From the human T2T-CHM13v2.0 reference genome, Homo sapiens, in assembly GCF_009914755.1 (NCBI RefSeq), contig NC_060947.1: DNA of 64,000 bases; one strand, 5' to 3'. This document shows, piece by piece, positions 1-12,788 of this stretch. The position numbers and the translations under genes were made by a program. The notes under the pieces are model-generated. The model worked only from the letters and a program-made list of their open reading frames with translations, was not told the origin of the DNA and searched no databases. The first letter of the stretch is position 1, and each line of letters begins with the position of its first letter.

Positions 1-1070
1 ACAAATCTTACAACACCTACAAAACAATAATACAATAAAAACAACAACAACAAGGTATTCAGGCAACAAATAACACAATGAGTAGAAGAATAGAAGAGTA
101 CCTCATATCTCAATACTAACGTTGAATGTAAATGACCTAAATGCTCCACTGAAAAGGTACAAAATGACAGACTAGATAAGAATTCACCAACCAAGAATCT
201 GCTGTCTTCAAGATATTCACCTAACACATAAGGACTCATATAGACTTAAGGTAAAGGGGCAGAAAAAGATATTTCATGCAAATGGAAACCAAGTGTGAGC
301 AGGCATAGCTAATTTTATGTGAGACAAAAGAAACTTTAAAGCAACAGCCCTTTAAAAAGACAAAGATGGACATTATATAATGATAAAAAGACTTGTCCAA
401 CAGGAAAAAATCACAATTCTAAATATATATACACCTAACACTCGAGCTTCCTAATATATAAAAGAATTATTACTAGACCTAAGAAATGAGATGGACAGCA
501 ATACAATAACAGTGAAGGACTTCAATACGCTGGTGGGAATGTAAACTATTACAACCCTATGGAAAACAGTGTGGTGATTTCCTAAGAACTAAAAGTAGAT
601 CTACCATTTGAGTTAGCAATCTCACTACTGGATATCTACTTAGAGGAAAATAAGTCATTATACCGAAAAGATATTTGCACACACATGTTTATAGCAGCAC
701 AATTTGCAATTGCAAAAATATAGAACCAGACCAAACACCCTTCAATCGACAAGTAGATAAAGAATTCCTGGATGGAATTGGTGACCATTGTTCTAATTTG
801 AGTAACTCTGGAATGGAAAACCAAACATCATATATTCTCACTCATAAGTGGTAGATAAGCTATGAGGGTGCAAAGGCATAAGAATGATACAATGGACTTT
901 GCAGACTTGGAGGAAAGTGTGGAAAGGGGGTTAGAGATAAAAGATCATTAATTGGGTACAGTGTATACTGCTTGGGTGATAGGTCACCAAAATCTCAGAA
1001 ATCACCATTAAAGAACTTATTCATGTAACCAAACATCTCCTGTTTTCCAAACACCTATTGAAATAAAAAA
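1..1070 (+). mobile_element. LINE-1 (L1PB-like) remnant: ORF2 endonuclease start fused directly to ORF2 C-terminus, 3'UTR and A-rich tail
   Basis: ctcatatctcaatactaacgttgaatgtaaat (EN ILTLNVN region) through gacttcaatac (DFNT) at about 518-528, then gctggtgggaatgtaaac (ORF2 3' end). L1PB-type 3'UTR ends cctattgaaataaaaaa. Confidence 0.9.
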
Positions 1071-1385
1071 TTAAGAAAAGAGTTGTCTTCCTGAACATCA
1101 TTCAGAGGCTAGAAGATACACTTTATCCTATCAGTTCCCTTTCTCTACTAATTGAATGTTGCCTCTGGGACCATTAATTTTCTCTCCATTTCTAAGCTAC
1201 TTTTGAGCAAGCTCTACAGCATCAGAAAAGGCAGTGGGGAAGAATGCAGAAAGATGTTTATTGTGCTCTTGAGGTAGGATATTAGTAGCTTCAGGTGAGT
1301 CAGAGCTGTCCACCACAGCTGCAGGTAGACTCAGAGGTAGCTCAAAAGGATGTGATGTGGGTTCCAAAGGTTTCTGCTCAACTAC

Positions 1386-2331
1386 TGCATTAATTTCTAT
1401 TGATGTGTAAAACAAATTACCTACCATCTTAGCAGTTTTGTTTGTTTGTTTGTTTGTTTGTTTGTTTGTTGGAGACAGGGTCTTGCTCTGTCACCCAGGA
1501 TGCAGTGCAGTGGTGCCATCATAGCTGCCTGCAGCCTCAACCTTCTAGTCTCAAGTAATCCTCCCACCTCAGCCTCTGGAGTAGCTAGGGCAACAGGCAC
1601 ATGCCACCATGCCAAGCTAATTTTTTAAAAGAAAAAAATTAGTAGTGAGGAGGTTTTGCTATGTTGGTGAAACTCATTTCAAACTCCTTAGCTTAAATGA
1701 CCTTCCTGCCTCAGCCTCCCAAGTGCTGAGATCACAGGTGTGAGCCACAGCACCTGTCCAAATTTAGTAGTTTAAAACAAAACTCATTTATTAACTTGCA
1801 GTTCTGTATGTCAGAAATCTAGATGGGTTTAGCTGAGTTCTTTGCTTAAAGTTTTACAATGCTCAAATCAAGATGTCAACCAGGCTGGCCTCCAATCTGA
1901 AGGCTCTGAGGAAGAATCCACTTTCAAAATCATTCAGATTACTGGCAGAATTCAATTTCTTATGGTTATAAGACTGAGGTACCTATTTCATTGCTAGCGT
2001 CAGCTGCTGAAGGTCACTATCAGATCCTAGAGGCCATTCTCAGGCACTTTCATATGGCCTCCCCCACATCAGAAATGAAAAATCTTCCTCATTTTAAATT
2101 TAACTCACTTTGAACATCTCTGGCTTCTTCTTTTGCTTCCTTCTGGATCTGCTTTTGAAGGGCTCATATGATTAGGTTAGGCCCACCTGAATAATCTTCT
2201 TTCTTATGGTCAACTGATAAGTAACATTAGCAATATCTGCAAAATCCCTTTAGCAATGTAACGTCACGTAATTATGGGAGCAATACCAAGGAACAAAGGT
2301 TATGGGGGTCATCTTAGAATTCTTCCTACTT
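1386..2331 (-). mobile_element. MLT1-family (ERVL-MaLR) solo LTR, interrupted by an Alu
   Basis: Starts tgcattaatttctattg...aacaaattacc, contains ggaagaatccactttcaaaatcattcag...ggcagaattcaatttc, and ends gggggtcatcttagaattcttcctac. Confidence 0.8.
1437..1759 (-). mobile_element. AluJ with (TTTG)n tail
   Basis: gagacagggtcttgctctgtcacccagg...tgagccacagcacctgtcc. Degenerate target-site duplication ttagcagttt / ttagtagttt. Confidence 0.93.
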
Positions 2332-2369
2332 TAACTATCATCTACTTAGTTGCATCCTTTTTCTCCTCT

Positions 2370-2650
2370 CTCCCCATATTCAATCACTACATCATATCAA
2401 TTCTACCTTGTCTCTAATTTCTTCTATTTCTACCCTCTCCTCTCCATCCCTCTACTATGTGGAGTCAGGTCCTCATCTTCTCCCAGCTGTACAATTGAAA
2501 CAATCTCTTGACTGATCTCTCCACTTTCAATCTCACTCCTCCCTAGTTCATTTTTCACAATACAGTTAGTCAGAATTGTGTTTCTAAAGTGTTGTCCAAG
2601 TCATGTCACTCTGCTTTTAAACTTTTTTATGGTTTAAAAGAGAAAGCTCA
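2370..2650 (+). mobile_element. LINE-2 3' region fragment
   Basis: Pyrimidine-rich L2 motifs: catcttctcccagctgtacaattgaaacaatctcttgactgatctc and catgtcactctgcttttaaac. Confidence 0.7.
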
Positions 2651-3013
2651 AATCATGTATATTTTATTTATGTATTCATACTCTGCCTTTCCAACAAACA
2701 AATGACAACTTATAAAATATCTCATACAATATTATAGTAAATAATAAAGTCACAACACACAATAATGGAAGACAAACAGAAAATGAGGATCAAGGGAAAG
2801 AAAAAATATAAAATGAAGATTGTAGAGCTTGTTGAGTTTTACCCTAGGTTCTCAGCTTCCCCATAAGCAAGAAAATGGTGGGATATGATCAATTACATTA
2901 ATCTTATTACCCAGAAAGGAGAAAGTAAATATGTGGTTATCACTTGGTGATGAAATAAATGATGTTTTGCCCCAACATTTTTATAGTATAAGCAGCGAGA
3001 TTTCAAATAACTA

Positions 3014-3530
<517 letters not shown>

Positions 3531-3589
3531 TCAAACATTTCCTTTGTGAAATGTTTTTGTCACCTACTCTAGATTACTCCCCTTTATAA

Positions 3590-3975
3590 CAGAGGTTGGA
3601 AACTCAAATGCTTTCAGGAGTCAGACAAATAAAATAGCAGCCATGGAGAGCTTATTATATTAACTCTTTAAATCCTCACAACTATAAGTTGGCACTATTA
3701 TCTTCCCCATATTACAGATAAGGAAATTGAAGGACAGATAGTAAGTGACAGGTGCAGGCTATGTAAGCAGGAGATCTGACACCAGAGCCCCAGTATTCTT
3801 AGCCGTTGCACATACTGGCTCTCAGAAAGCAGGTATGATGATAGGGAGTGGTATGGACTCCAGAGTTTATACCCCATGTAAAAGTCATCAGGCTAATATT
3901 TTTTAAAACACCATGCTGGCAAAACATACATGACCTCGGGTCATTAGGGCACTAATTACTAGTTTTCCACCTTTG
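3590..3975. mobile_element. Probable non-autonomous hAT-type DNA transposon (MER), containing a MIR
   Basis: Imperfect terminal inverted repeats cagaggttggaaact (3590-3604) and agttttccacctttg (3961-3975). Degenerate 8-bp flanks ctttataa / ttttatcc. Confidence 0.5.
3640..3820 (-). mobile_element. MIR SINE
   Basis: tttaaatcctcacaac...ccccatattacagataaggaaattgaagg is the MIR core. Confidence 0.75.
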
Positions 3976-5341
3976 TTTTATCCTCTTAACCATAAGCTGT
4001 TTGACATTTCTCTTAATGAGCTGTATCCCACACCATGTGCATCCTGAAGCCAAGTCTGCTTTCATAAATATTTCCTCTACATAGCCCCCCACCTCTCATC
4101 CAGGTTTCAGCTAGCCAGAGGGTGAAGCAGCTGTATTGCCAATTGCCACTTCCAAGGGGCCAGGAGTAATATAGAGCTTAAGCTCTGTCTTTTTTTTTTT
4201 CAAGATAGTTTCTGGAACTGAGTTTATGAGAGGGGGATCTTATATCTAATGGGGTTCCATCCATCTTGTGGATCGGCTGTTCAATGTCCTTTGACTAAAT
4301 AAGTTTCAATACCAAATGCTGGTAACAAAAATAGTCACATTGCTGCTTGTGATCTGGCTCTTTCCTCCTTCTCTTCCTCACTATTTCCTTTGGTGCAGCA
4401 CCCCAGGACTATGTAAGACTCTAGTCCATCTCTCTTTGTCCATCTCCACTGAACACCCTCCACAAAAACAGGGTCTTATTCTACTTCTGGCATGGCCTGA
4501 GAAGAGAGACAGAGATGCACTTTTCTTCAGATATTGAACCTATTTGAGGAGGGAGAATTCCCTTCTTTGGGCAAACCAAGAGGATAACCCAGAGTGTAAT
4601 TGATTCAACAAAGAGCAAGCCAAACAACCTCTCAATTCTAGAAATCTGCTCTGAATCTCTGTTTCAGTTTAGAAAACTCTATGAGTTTCCTGCCTCAAGC
4701 AGCTTTCAGATCCTTCTTTAGGTTTGAATTATGGGTGTGCCTAGTGTAGTCCATACACTTGGCTCTACCTGGGACACAGGCACTAAGCACCTGGGAAATG
4801 GGGTGGTTGTCCGAAGATCAGTGAGCAAAGAGTGAGTAGCTAAACCTAGAAGGTGAAAGCCCTGTGTCTGAGGTGAGCCGTGGAGTCTAAACTGGCCATA
4901 GGCTTAGTATTCTTTCAACAAGCCCTGCCGCTTCTACTTCATCTGTTTTCTATCCTCATCTTTTAAATTTATTTTTAACTCAGTTGTTGTCAACAGAGTC
5001 TAAGAGATTTGACTCTGCACTACCCTGACCTTGTCTTTGACACTGGTTTTCTCACTTATTCTGCTTCAGCTACACTGGCCCCTATGCATGGTCTTACCTC
5101 ATGTCATTTGCACTTGCTGAATCCACAACTTAAGACACATTTTCTCCAGGTATCCTTATATATAATTCTCTTTCTTATGGTAGATTTCTACTCAAATGTC
5201 ATCTTTTATGAGAGGCCTTCCCGTACTCTCCTAACACAAACTTTACCCCTGTAATTTTATGCCTCTTACACTGCTTAATTTTTATAGTATTTGTCACTAC
5301 CTTACCTATGCTATATTTATTTGTTTATTATCTGTATCCCA

Positions 5342-7728
5342 TGTATTAGTCTGTTTTTACATTGCTATAAAGCAATACTCGAGACAGGGTAATTCATAAA
5401 GGAAAGAGGTTTAATTGACTCACAGTTCTGCATGGCTGGGGAGGCCTCAGAAAACTTACAATCATGGTGGAATGTGAATGGGAAGCGAGTAACTTCTTCA
5501 CATGGTGGCCAGAGAGAAAGAGTGTGTGGAGGAAAAAATGTCAAAGACTTATAAAGCTATCAGACCTTGTGAGGACTCACTATCATGAGAGCAGCATGGG
5601 GGAAACTGCCCCCATAATCCATTCAGCTCTGACCAGATTCTGCCCTCCACATGTGGGGATTATAAGGATTACAATTTGAGATGAGATTTAGGTGGAAACA
5701 CTGAGCCAAACCATATGATCCTGCCCCTGGTGCCTCCCAAATTTCACATCCATTTTACATTTCAAAACCAATCATGCCTTCCTGACAGTCCCCCAAACTG
5801 TTATCTTATTTCAGCATTAACTCAAAAGTCCAAGTCCAAAGTCTCATCTGAGACAAAGCAAGTCCCTTCCACCTAGGAGCCTGTAAAATCAAAAGCAAGT
5901 TAGTTACTTCCTAGATACGATGGAGCTACAGGCACTGGGTAAATTCTCCTGTTTCAAATGAGAGTCATTAGCCAAAACAAAGGGGCTTTAGGCCCCAGGC
6001 AGGTCCAAAATCTGTGGGCAGTCAATAAATCTTAAAGCTCCAAAATGATCCCCTTTGACCTTATGTCTTACATCCAAGTCATGCTGATGCAAGAGGTGGG
6101 CTCCCATGGAATTGGGCAGCACCACCCCCATGGTTTTGCAGGATACAGTCCCTCTCCAAGCTTCTTTTATGAGCTGACATTGAGTGTCTTTGGGTTTCCC
6201 AGGTGCATGGTGCAAGCTGTGGGTGGATCTACCATTCTGGCTTCTGGAAGATGGTGGTCCTCTTCTCACTGCTCCACTAAGCAGTGCCCCAGTGGGGACT
6301 CTGTGTGGGGGCTCCAACTCCACATTTCCCTTCTGCACTGCCCTAGCAGAGGTTCTCCATGAGGGCTCTATCCCTGCAGCAAACCTCTGCCTGGACATCC
6401 AGGCATTTCTATACATCCTCTGGAATGTAGGCAGAGGTTCCCAAACCTCAACTTGACTTCTGTGCATCTGCAGGTCCAACACCACATGGAAGTCATCACT
6501 GTTTGGGACTTGCACACCCTGAAGCAATGGCCTGAGCTGTACATTGGCCCATTTTAGCCACAGCTGGGATGTGAGATGCCAAGTCCCTAGGCTGCACAGA
6601 GCAGCCATGGGACCCTGTGTCCAGCCCATTAAAACATTCTTCCCTCCTAGGCCTCTGGGTCTGTGGCAGGAGGGGTTGCATGAAGTTCTCTGACATGCCC
6701 TGGAGACATTTTCCCCATTATCTTGGATATTAACATTCCTCATATTAATGAGGAACATTCAGTTTCTGATTATTTATGCAAATTTCTGCAGCTGGCTTGA
6801 ATTTCACTCCAGAAAATGTTTTTTATTTTCCTTATCACATCATCAGGCTGCAAAGTTTCCAAACTTGTGTGCTCTGCTTCCCTTTTAAACATGTTTCAAT
6901 TTCAAACCATCTCTTTGTGAATACATGTGACTAAACACCTTTGAAAGCACCCAGGTTATCTCTAGAACACTTTGCTGCTTAGAAATTTCTTCCACCAGAT
7001 ACCCTAAATCATCTCTCTCAAGTTCAAAGTTCCACAGATCTCCAGGGCCGAACAAAATGCTTTCAGTCTCTTTGGTAAAGCACAGCAAGAGTGATCTTTG
7101 CTCTAATTCCCAACAAGTTTCTCATCTCAATCTGAGACTTCTTCTGCCTGGACTTCATTGTCAACATCACTATCAGCATTTTTGGTCAAAACAATTCAAT
7201 AAGTCTCTAGGAAGCTCCAAATTTTCTCATATCTTTCTGTACTCTTCTTAGCCTCCAAAACCGTTCCAACCTTTCCTTTTACTAGTTCCAAAGTCACTTC
7301 CACATTTTCAAGTATCTTAATGGCAGTACCCCACTCTCTGTGGCACCAATTTACTGTATTAGTCCATTTTTACACTGCTATAAAGAAATGCCCAAAACTG
7401 GGTAATTTATAAAGAAAATAGGTCTAATTGTCTCTTTCATATGGCTGCGGATGCCACAGAAAACTTACAATAATGGTAGAATGTGAATGGGTAGCAAATA
7501 CCTTCTTCACATGGTGGCCTGAGAGAGAAGAGTGTATAGGAGGAAATGTCAAAAACTTACGAAACCATCAGATCTTGTGAGAATTCACTCACTATCATGA
7601 GAACAACATGAGGGAAACTGCCCCCATTATTCAATCAGCTCTGACCAAGATCCACACTTTATATGTGGGGATTATGGAGATAATGATTTGAGATTAGATT
7701 TGGGTGGGGAGACAGCCAAACCAAATCA
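5342..7728 (-). mobile_element. Full-length THE1 (THE1D-like) MaLR element: LTR 5342-5718, internal 5719-7354, LTR 7355-7728
   Basis: Two direct LTRs of about 375 bp (tgtattagtc...agccaaacca(t/a)at(g/c)a), about 1.6 kb internal region, and 5-bp TSD tccca / tccaa. Confidence 0.93.
5988..6758 (-). pseudogene. THE1 internal ORF remnant (256 aa open frame)
   Basis: EVWEPLPTFQRMYRNAWMSRQRFAAG...RAVQKGNVELEPPHRVPTGAL is typical translated MaLR internal sequence. Confidence 0.75.
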
Positions 7729-7982
7729 TCCAATAATAGAGTGTAAGTACATATAAATATGGGTGTTTGAGTGTTATAGTTACTGCTGTACCCCAGTAAC
7801 TAGCACAGTGCCTGCCACATAATAGGTACCCAATAAATATTTGTTGAAAGAATGAATGAGTAAAAAAATAAACAAAGATTTACAAGGGCCTACTGTGCAG
7901 CAGATGTTATGTTAGACTATGCTGAGAAAGTGAGATGGATGGTATATTACTCAGGGTTCTTTACAGAGAAAGAAGTAATGGA

Positions 7983-8006
7983 ATATATATATACATATAT
8001 ATATAT

Positions 8007-8051
<45 letters not shown>

Positions 8052-8057
8052 TATATG
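7983..8057. repeat. (TA)n/(CA)n microsatellite in the HERV-L 3' LTR
   Basis: atatatatatacatatatatatatacacatacatatatatatat...; the 5' LTR has only catatacgcatat at this position. Confidence 0.95.
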
Positions 8058-8536
8058 AAGAGGAGTTTAGTAAGTATTAACTTACACATAACAAGGCCCC
8101 ACAAGAGGCCATCTGCAGACAGAGGAGAAAGGAGAGTCAGTCTGAGTTTCAAAACTGAAGAACTTGGAGTCTGATGTTCAAAGACAGGAGTATCCAGCAT
8201 GAGAGAGTGATGTAGGTTGGGAGGCTAGGCCAGTTTCTCTTTTTACATTTTTCTGCCTGCTAATATTCTAGCAATGCTAGCAGCTGATTAGATTGTACCC
8301 ACCCAGATTAAGGGTGGGTCTGCTTTTCCCAGCTCATGGAGTCAAATGTTAATTTTTCTTGGCAACACCCTCACAGACACACCCAGGATCAATACTTTGT
8401 ATCGTTCAATTCAATCAAGTTGACACTCAATATTAACCATCACAAGTGCACTCCTGGTCAAATTGAACCCATACACATCTCCTGAGATCATATATAATCT
8501 TCAAATAAAGACAATGACAATGCTGACTTGATGACA

Positions 8537-9990
8537 ATGGCGACTTGATGACTCATACTCAAACATTCAGTTACCATCAAAGCCCAGTAACAGGCCAATA
8601 GCTGTTTCTCAAAAGGAGGGTAGTTATCTGCAGAAGATGGCAAGGCCTTGGTCCAAAATCCTAGAGGCTTCCACTGTGAGTCACCTAAGGGGCTTGCCAA
8701 AGGCTCCAAACAGCATCCCTGTCTGCCACTGACACCTCAAGAACCATTGAATCTTCTGGGTCATATGGCCTAAGTTGCAGAGCAGCTTGCACAGCAGCCT
8801 GGACCTGTTGCAGAGCTTTCTCCTGTTCTGGACCCCACTCAAAACTGGCAGCCTTTTTGGTCACTCAATAATGGGCCAGACTAATACACTGAAATGTGGA
8901 ATCTGTTGTCTCCAAAGTCCAAATAGGCCCACTAGGTGTTATGCCTCTTTCTTCATTGTAGGAGAAGCCAAATACATCAACTTATACTGCACCTTAGAAG
9001 GACTATCTCAACAGGCCCCACACCACTGGCCCCTAGAAATTTTACTGAGGTAGAAGGTCCCTGAATTTCAGTCGGATTCATTTCCCATCCTCTGGCATGC
9101 AAATGTCTCACCAATAAGTCCAGTGTGTTTGCTACTTCTTGCTCACTTGATCCAATCAGCATAATGTCATCAATGTAATGGACCAGTGTAACATCTTGTG
9201 GAAGCAAAATGCAATCAAGTTCTTGTTGAATAAGATTACGATGCAAAGCTGGGGAGTTGATATATTTCTGAGGTAGGACAGGAAAGGTATATTGCTGGCC
9301 TTGCCAACTGAAGACAAATTGCTTCTGGTGGGCCTTATATACAGGAATGGAGAAAAAGGCATTTGCCAATTCAATGACTGCATACCAGGTACCAGGAGAT
9401 GCATTAATTTGCTGAAGCAATGAAATCAAATCTGTTAGCACAGCTGCAACTTGAGTCATTACTTGGTTAAGCTTACAATAATCCGTCATTCTCCAAGATC
9501 CATCTGTCTTCTGCACAGGTCAAATGGGTGAGTTGAATGTGGATGTGGTGGGAATCACCACTCCTGTGTCTTTCAAGTCCTTGATGGTGGCACTCATCTC
9601 TGTAATCGCTCCAGGGATGCGATATAGTTTTTGATTTACTATTTTCTAGGTAGAGGAAGCTCTAATGGCCTCTGTTTGGCCTTTCCCACCATAATAGCCC
9701 TCACCCTACCAGTCAGAGAGCCAATGTGGAGGTTCTGCCAGCTGCTAAGTATGTCTATGCCAATTATACATTCCAGCACTGGGGAAATAACCAAAGCATA
9801 AGTTGGGGGACCCACTGGACCCACTGTAAGTTGGACCTGAGCAAAAACTCCATTAATTACTTGACCTCCATTAGCCCCTAATTTAACTGGCAGACCAAAA
9901 TGACGCTTTGGGTTCCTTGGAATCAACATCAGCTCAGAGCCAGTTTCCAGTAGTCCCCAAAATGTTTGATCATTTCCTTTTCCTCAATGC
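8537..9990 (-). pseudogene. HERV-L protease, reverse transcriptase and partial RNase H, frameshifted
   Basis: Protease WGLLETGSELMLIP (catalytic DTG changed to ETG) with ECIIGIDILS. RT LPQKYINSP and HYIDDIML. RNase H KPLGFWTKALPSSADNYPPFEKQLLACYWAL. Confidence 0.9.
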
Positions 9991-10079
9991 AGTTACCCTG
10001 GTGAAAATCCAGAGGTCTCCTTGGAGAAGAATGGGAGAAAGATTTACTGCATAAATTGTCAGTAATGTAGTGGGGTCCT

Positions 10080-11815
10080 TTCTCAAGGGAACACGGCCTG
10101 TCCTTTATTCAAGAAGTTCTGTGTCTATAAACTGGCTCAAGTCTGGAAATTGAGGGGCCATGATTCTCTGATTTTATAATTTAAATTAGTCCTTTGTACA
10201 TTTGACCTAGAAGTTTTCTGCTTGCATGAATTAAGTAGAAATGTATTAGGCTTCCTATGAATTTCACTTCTAGGCACACCGTGATTAATTAGCCTATGCC
10301 AGAGCTCTACACAAGTCAGACTATTCTGATTGCTGGTTTGCCTCTGCTATCCATTATGGTAGCTATGCCCAGCTCATTTTTGACAGTTGGGTGCCACCAC
10401 TTGGCCCCTGCCACCCTGGGATTTAATTATTCCCATTGTATTTCAATTTTATGGTTTAGCGACTGCAGTTTCCACCATTAGATCTGAGATACGGAGAAGA
10501 GCAATTACAGGGCTCTTCAAAGATGCAGGTGCTGCCCTCACAAATCTATTTCACAAGGTATTGGTCAAAGGTATGTCTTCTGGACCCTCCCAACTGGGAT
10601 GAGTAGGTCTAAAGTGACTAATCCACTCCACCATCCCAACCTCCCTAAGCCTTTTGATCCTTCTCTACATTAAACCAAGGGAGATCAGGCATTTCCAGCT
10701 CGCTCACAGTGGGCCACCTTTTAATCCATATTTCGGCAGACCAACCAAAGAAACTATTAGAACCTTCTTAGCTTCCCGAGCTGAAACATTAAATGCAGCG
10801 TCCCTACTTAGTGGGCCCAAATCAATAAATTCAGCGTGATCCAACTCCATGTTCCTTCCACAATTTTCTCAAACCATTAATATCCATTCCCATGCCTGTT
10901 CTCCAGATTTCTGTTTCTATAAATTAGAAAACTCAAGCAGTTCTTTTTGCATGTAGTACACCTCCTCATGGATTACACTGTCAACCTTACCACTAGGGGC
11001 CCACCAGGACTCGAATCTAGTTATAGGTCTAGAAGCAAAGAGGGGTGTTGGAGGTGGCTCCTGAGGAGAATCAATATTACCTTGCCTGGCAACTGCCTCA
11101 GGGGAGGCCACCACTGTTGCCTCAGGCAGTGCAGGGTTTATCTCCTAAGACAAAGGTGGAAAGGCTGATGGCAGCATGTGTAGGGGAGGAGATATTGCCA
11201 TTACTGCAGATGGGGAGCTGTATCTTCTGGCAAAAAAGGTTCATCAGAGTTTACAAACTCAGTGTCCCCAGGTTCATCAGGGTCATCCCACAAGTCCTCA
11301 TTCCAAGTTGCAATTTCCCACTCTTTTTCAGTCAATGCCCTCACTTTAACAGTAGAAACCTGGCGAGGCTGTGCATACATCTTTCATTGCAGGTCAGCCA
11401 CTGGCATGATAAGAGCTGTGTCTGTTTTTTTACGATTTCAGCTCTTTCTCTACAGGAGGTAAGACTCACTCAGGGCAATCTTAGTAGATTTGAGGCTCAG
11501 TATCTGCTTCTGAAGCCGGGAGATAGAGTCTCTGAGTTCATTTTCTTTCATCACTTTGTCCACTGAACTTAGGAGCAACCAACCAGCTTCATTATGTCCA
11601 TTGGTTCTCCAAATATGGTCAAAGTTATTATGTATAGAGTCACTAAACTCCTTGCCTCCCATGAGCAATTAATCATAAGTGTCAAATGCATTTTTTGTAT
11701 TACTCTCTAAACAGCTTACACAAAGGACTATCAGTGCTCTCTATACTATTAAAAGTAGAGTCCTTAGCACTTTTGCATCTAATCATATCAAGCAGCCAAC
11801 TCCAGAAACCCCAAA
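10080..11815 (-). pseudogene. HERV-L gag remnant
   Basis: Fragments GWLLLSSVDKVMKENELRDSISRLQKQILSLK and MVASPEAVARQGNIDSPQEPPPTPLFASRPITR, interrupted by stops and frameshifts. Confidence 0.82.
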
Positions 11816-11855
11816 ACCTGCAAAATAACTCCATCATTAATATTCTGTTCATCCA

Positions 11856-11873
11856 GAACCACTCCTGGTACAA
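11856..11873 (-). promoter_or_regulatory. Primer-binding site, tRNA-Leu type
   Basis: The minus strand just inside the 5' LTR reads ttgtaccaggagtggttc, close to the complement of the tRNA-Leu(UAA) 3' end (TGGTACCAGGAGTGG). Confidence 0.8.
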
Positions 11874-12239
11874 AAATCTGTTTTATTCAGGTTTCTCTAT
11901 AGAGACAGAAATGATGGCATATACGCATATTTAAAGGGGAATTTATTAAGTGTTAACTCACACAATCACAAGGTCCAACAATAGGCTGTCTGCAGGCTGA
12001 GGAGCAAGGACAGCCAGTCCACATTCCAAAACTGAAGAACTTGGTGCCTGCTTATATTCTAGCTGTGCTGGCAGCTGATTAGATTGTGCCCACTCAGATT
12101 AAGTGGGGTCTGCCTTTCCCAGCTCACTGACTCAAATGATAATCTTTTTTGGCAACACCCTCAGACACACACCTAAGATCAATACTTTGTATACTTCAAT
12201 CAAATGAAGTTGACACTCAATATTAACCATCACAGGTGG

Positions 12240-12660
12240 AGATAGAGTCTCTATCTTGTTTTTGAAAGAGAGACTTTATAAATCAGTCAGGCAGCCAAAT
12301 CTACCCATGAGTAGCTCTCTTGAGGTACAATGTGGTAGCTGCCATGACAAGAGCCAAAGAATGTTCAATTGGAGGCCACAGGTGAGAAAAATTAATCCAG
12401 AATGAAGTAATCTGTGGAATATTTTGAAGGAAATGGAATTTGAGTTGTGGTTATGGGGATGAGCAGAACTGTCAAAGGTGAGAAGCAGCAAACAGAAGAG
12501 AATTTTGGGTATAGAGGGGATAGTTTAAGCAATGGCACAAAAAATGGCAAAAAACATTTGGACAAAAAACAGGTTGTCTATGACAGCTGGCTGAAAAGTA
12601 ATTTGCATTGATGGGGGCTAGAGTGAGTGAGAAAGGCTAACTAGGGTCAGGGAGAGAGAT
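12240..12660 (-). mobile_element. LINE-2 fragment, probable continuation of 7865-7942 and host of the HERV-L
   Basis: aacaaagatttacaagggcctactgtgcagcagatg before the provirus. Purine-rich gaaggaaatggaatttgagttg...gagggggatagtttaagcaatggcac-type L2 sequence after it. Confidence 0.55.
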
Positions 12661-12757
12661 GTCTGGCTCTTTAGACAAATAATAAAAATTAACAAGCACC
12701 TGAGAGAGATAAATAGTGTGCATTTATAAAAGCAAGCAGTAAGCATACTGGCCTCAC

Positions 12758-12788
<31 letters not shown>

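Larger units (their letters stand above)
5040..7862 (+). mobile_element. LINE-2 3' end (5040-5341 and 7729-7862), split by THE1 insertion
   Basis: ctcaaatgtcatcttttatgagaggccttccc before the insertion. ctagcacagtgcctgccacataataggtacccaataaatatttgttgaaagaatgaatga (L2 terminus) after it. Confidence 0.8.
7943..12234 (-). mobile_element. HERV-L provirus with MLT2A-type LTRs (5' LTR 11879-12234, 3' LTR 7943-8444), internally deleted
   Basis: Both LTRs end (on + strand) ttgacactcaatattaaccatcaca. TSD gatgg / ggtgg. gag, protease, RT and RNase H remnants are in order on the minus strand. Confidence 0.95.

Noticed and set aside
4020-4960. Unique stretch as a promoter or exon (also 12660-13300 and 14110-14740)
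   Set aside because: There is no CpG island, convincing splice pair or recognisable coding content. Enhancer function cannot be judged from sequence alone.
5988-6758. 256-aa ORF as a domesticated gene
   Set aside because: It is standard THE1 internal sequence, its start depends on a small local insertion, and there is no evidence of constraint.
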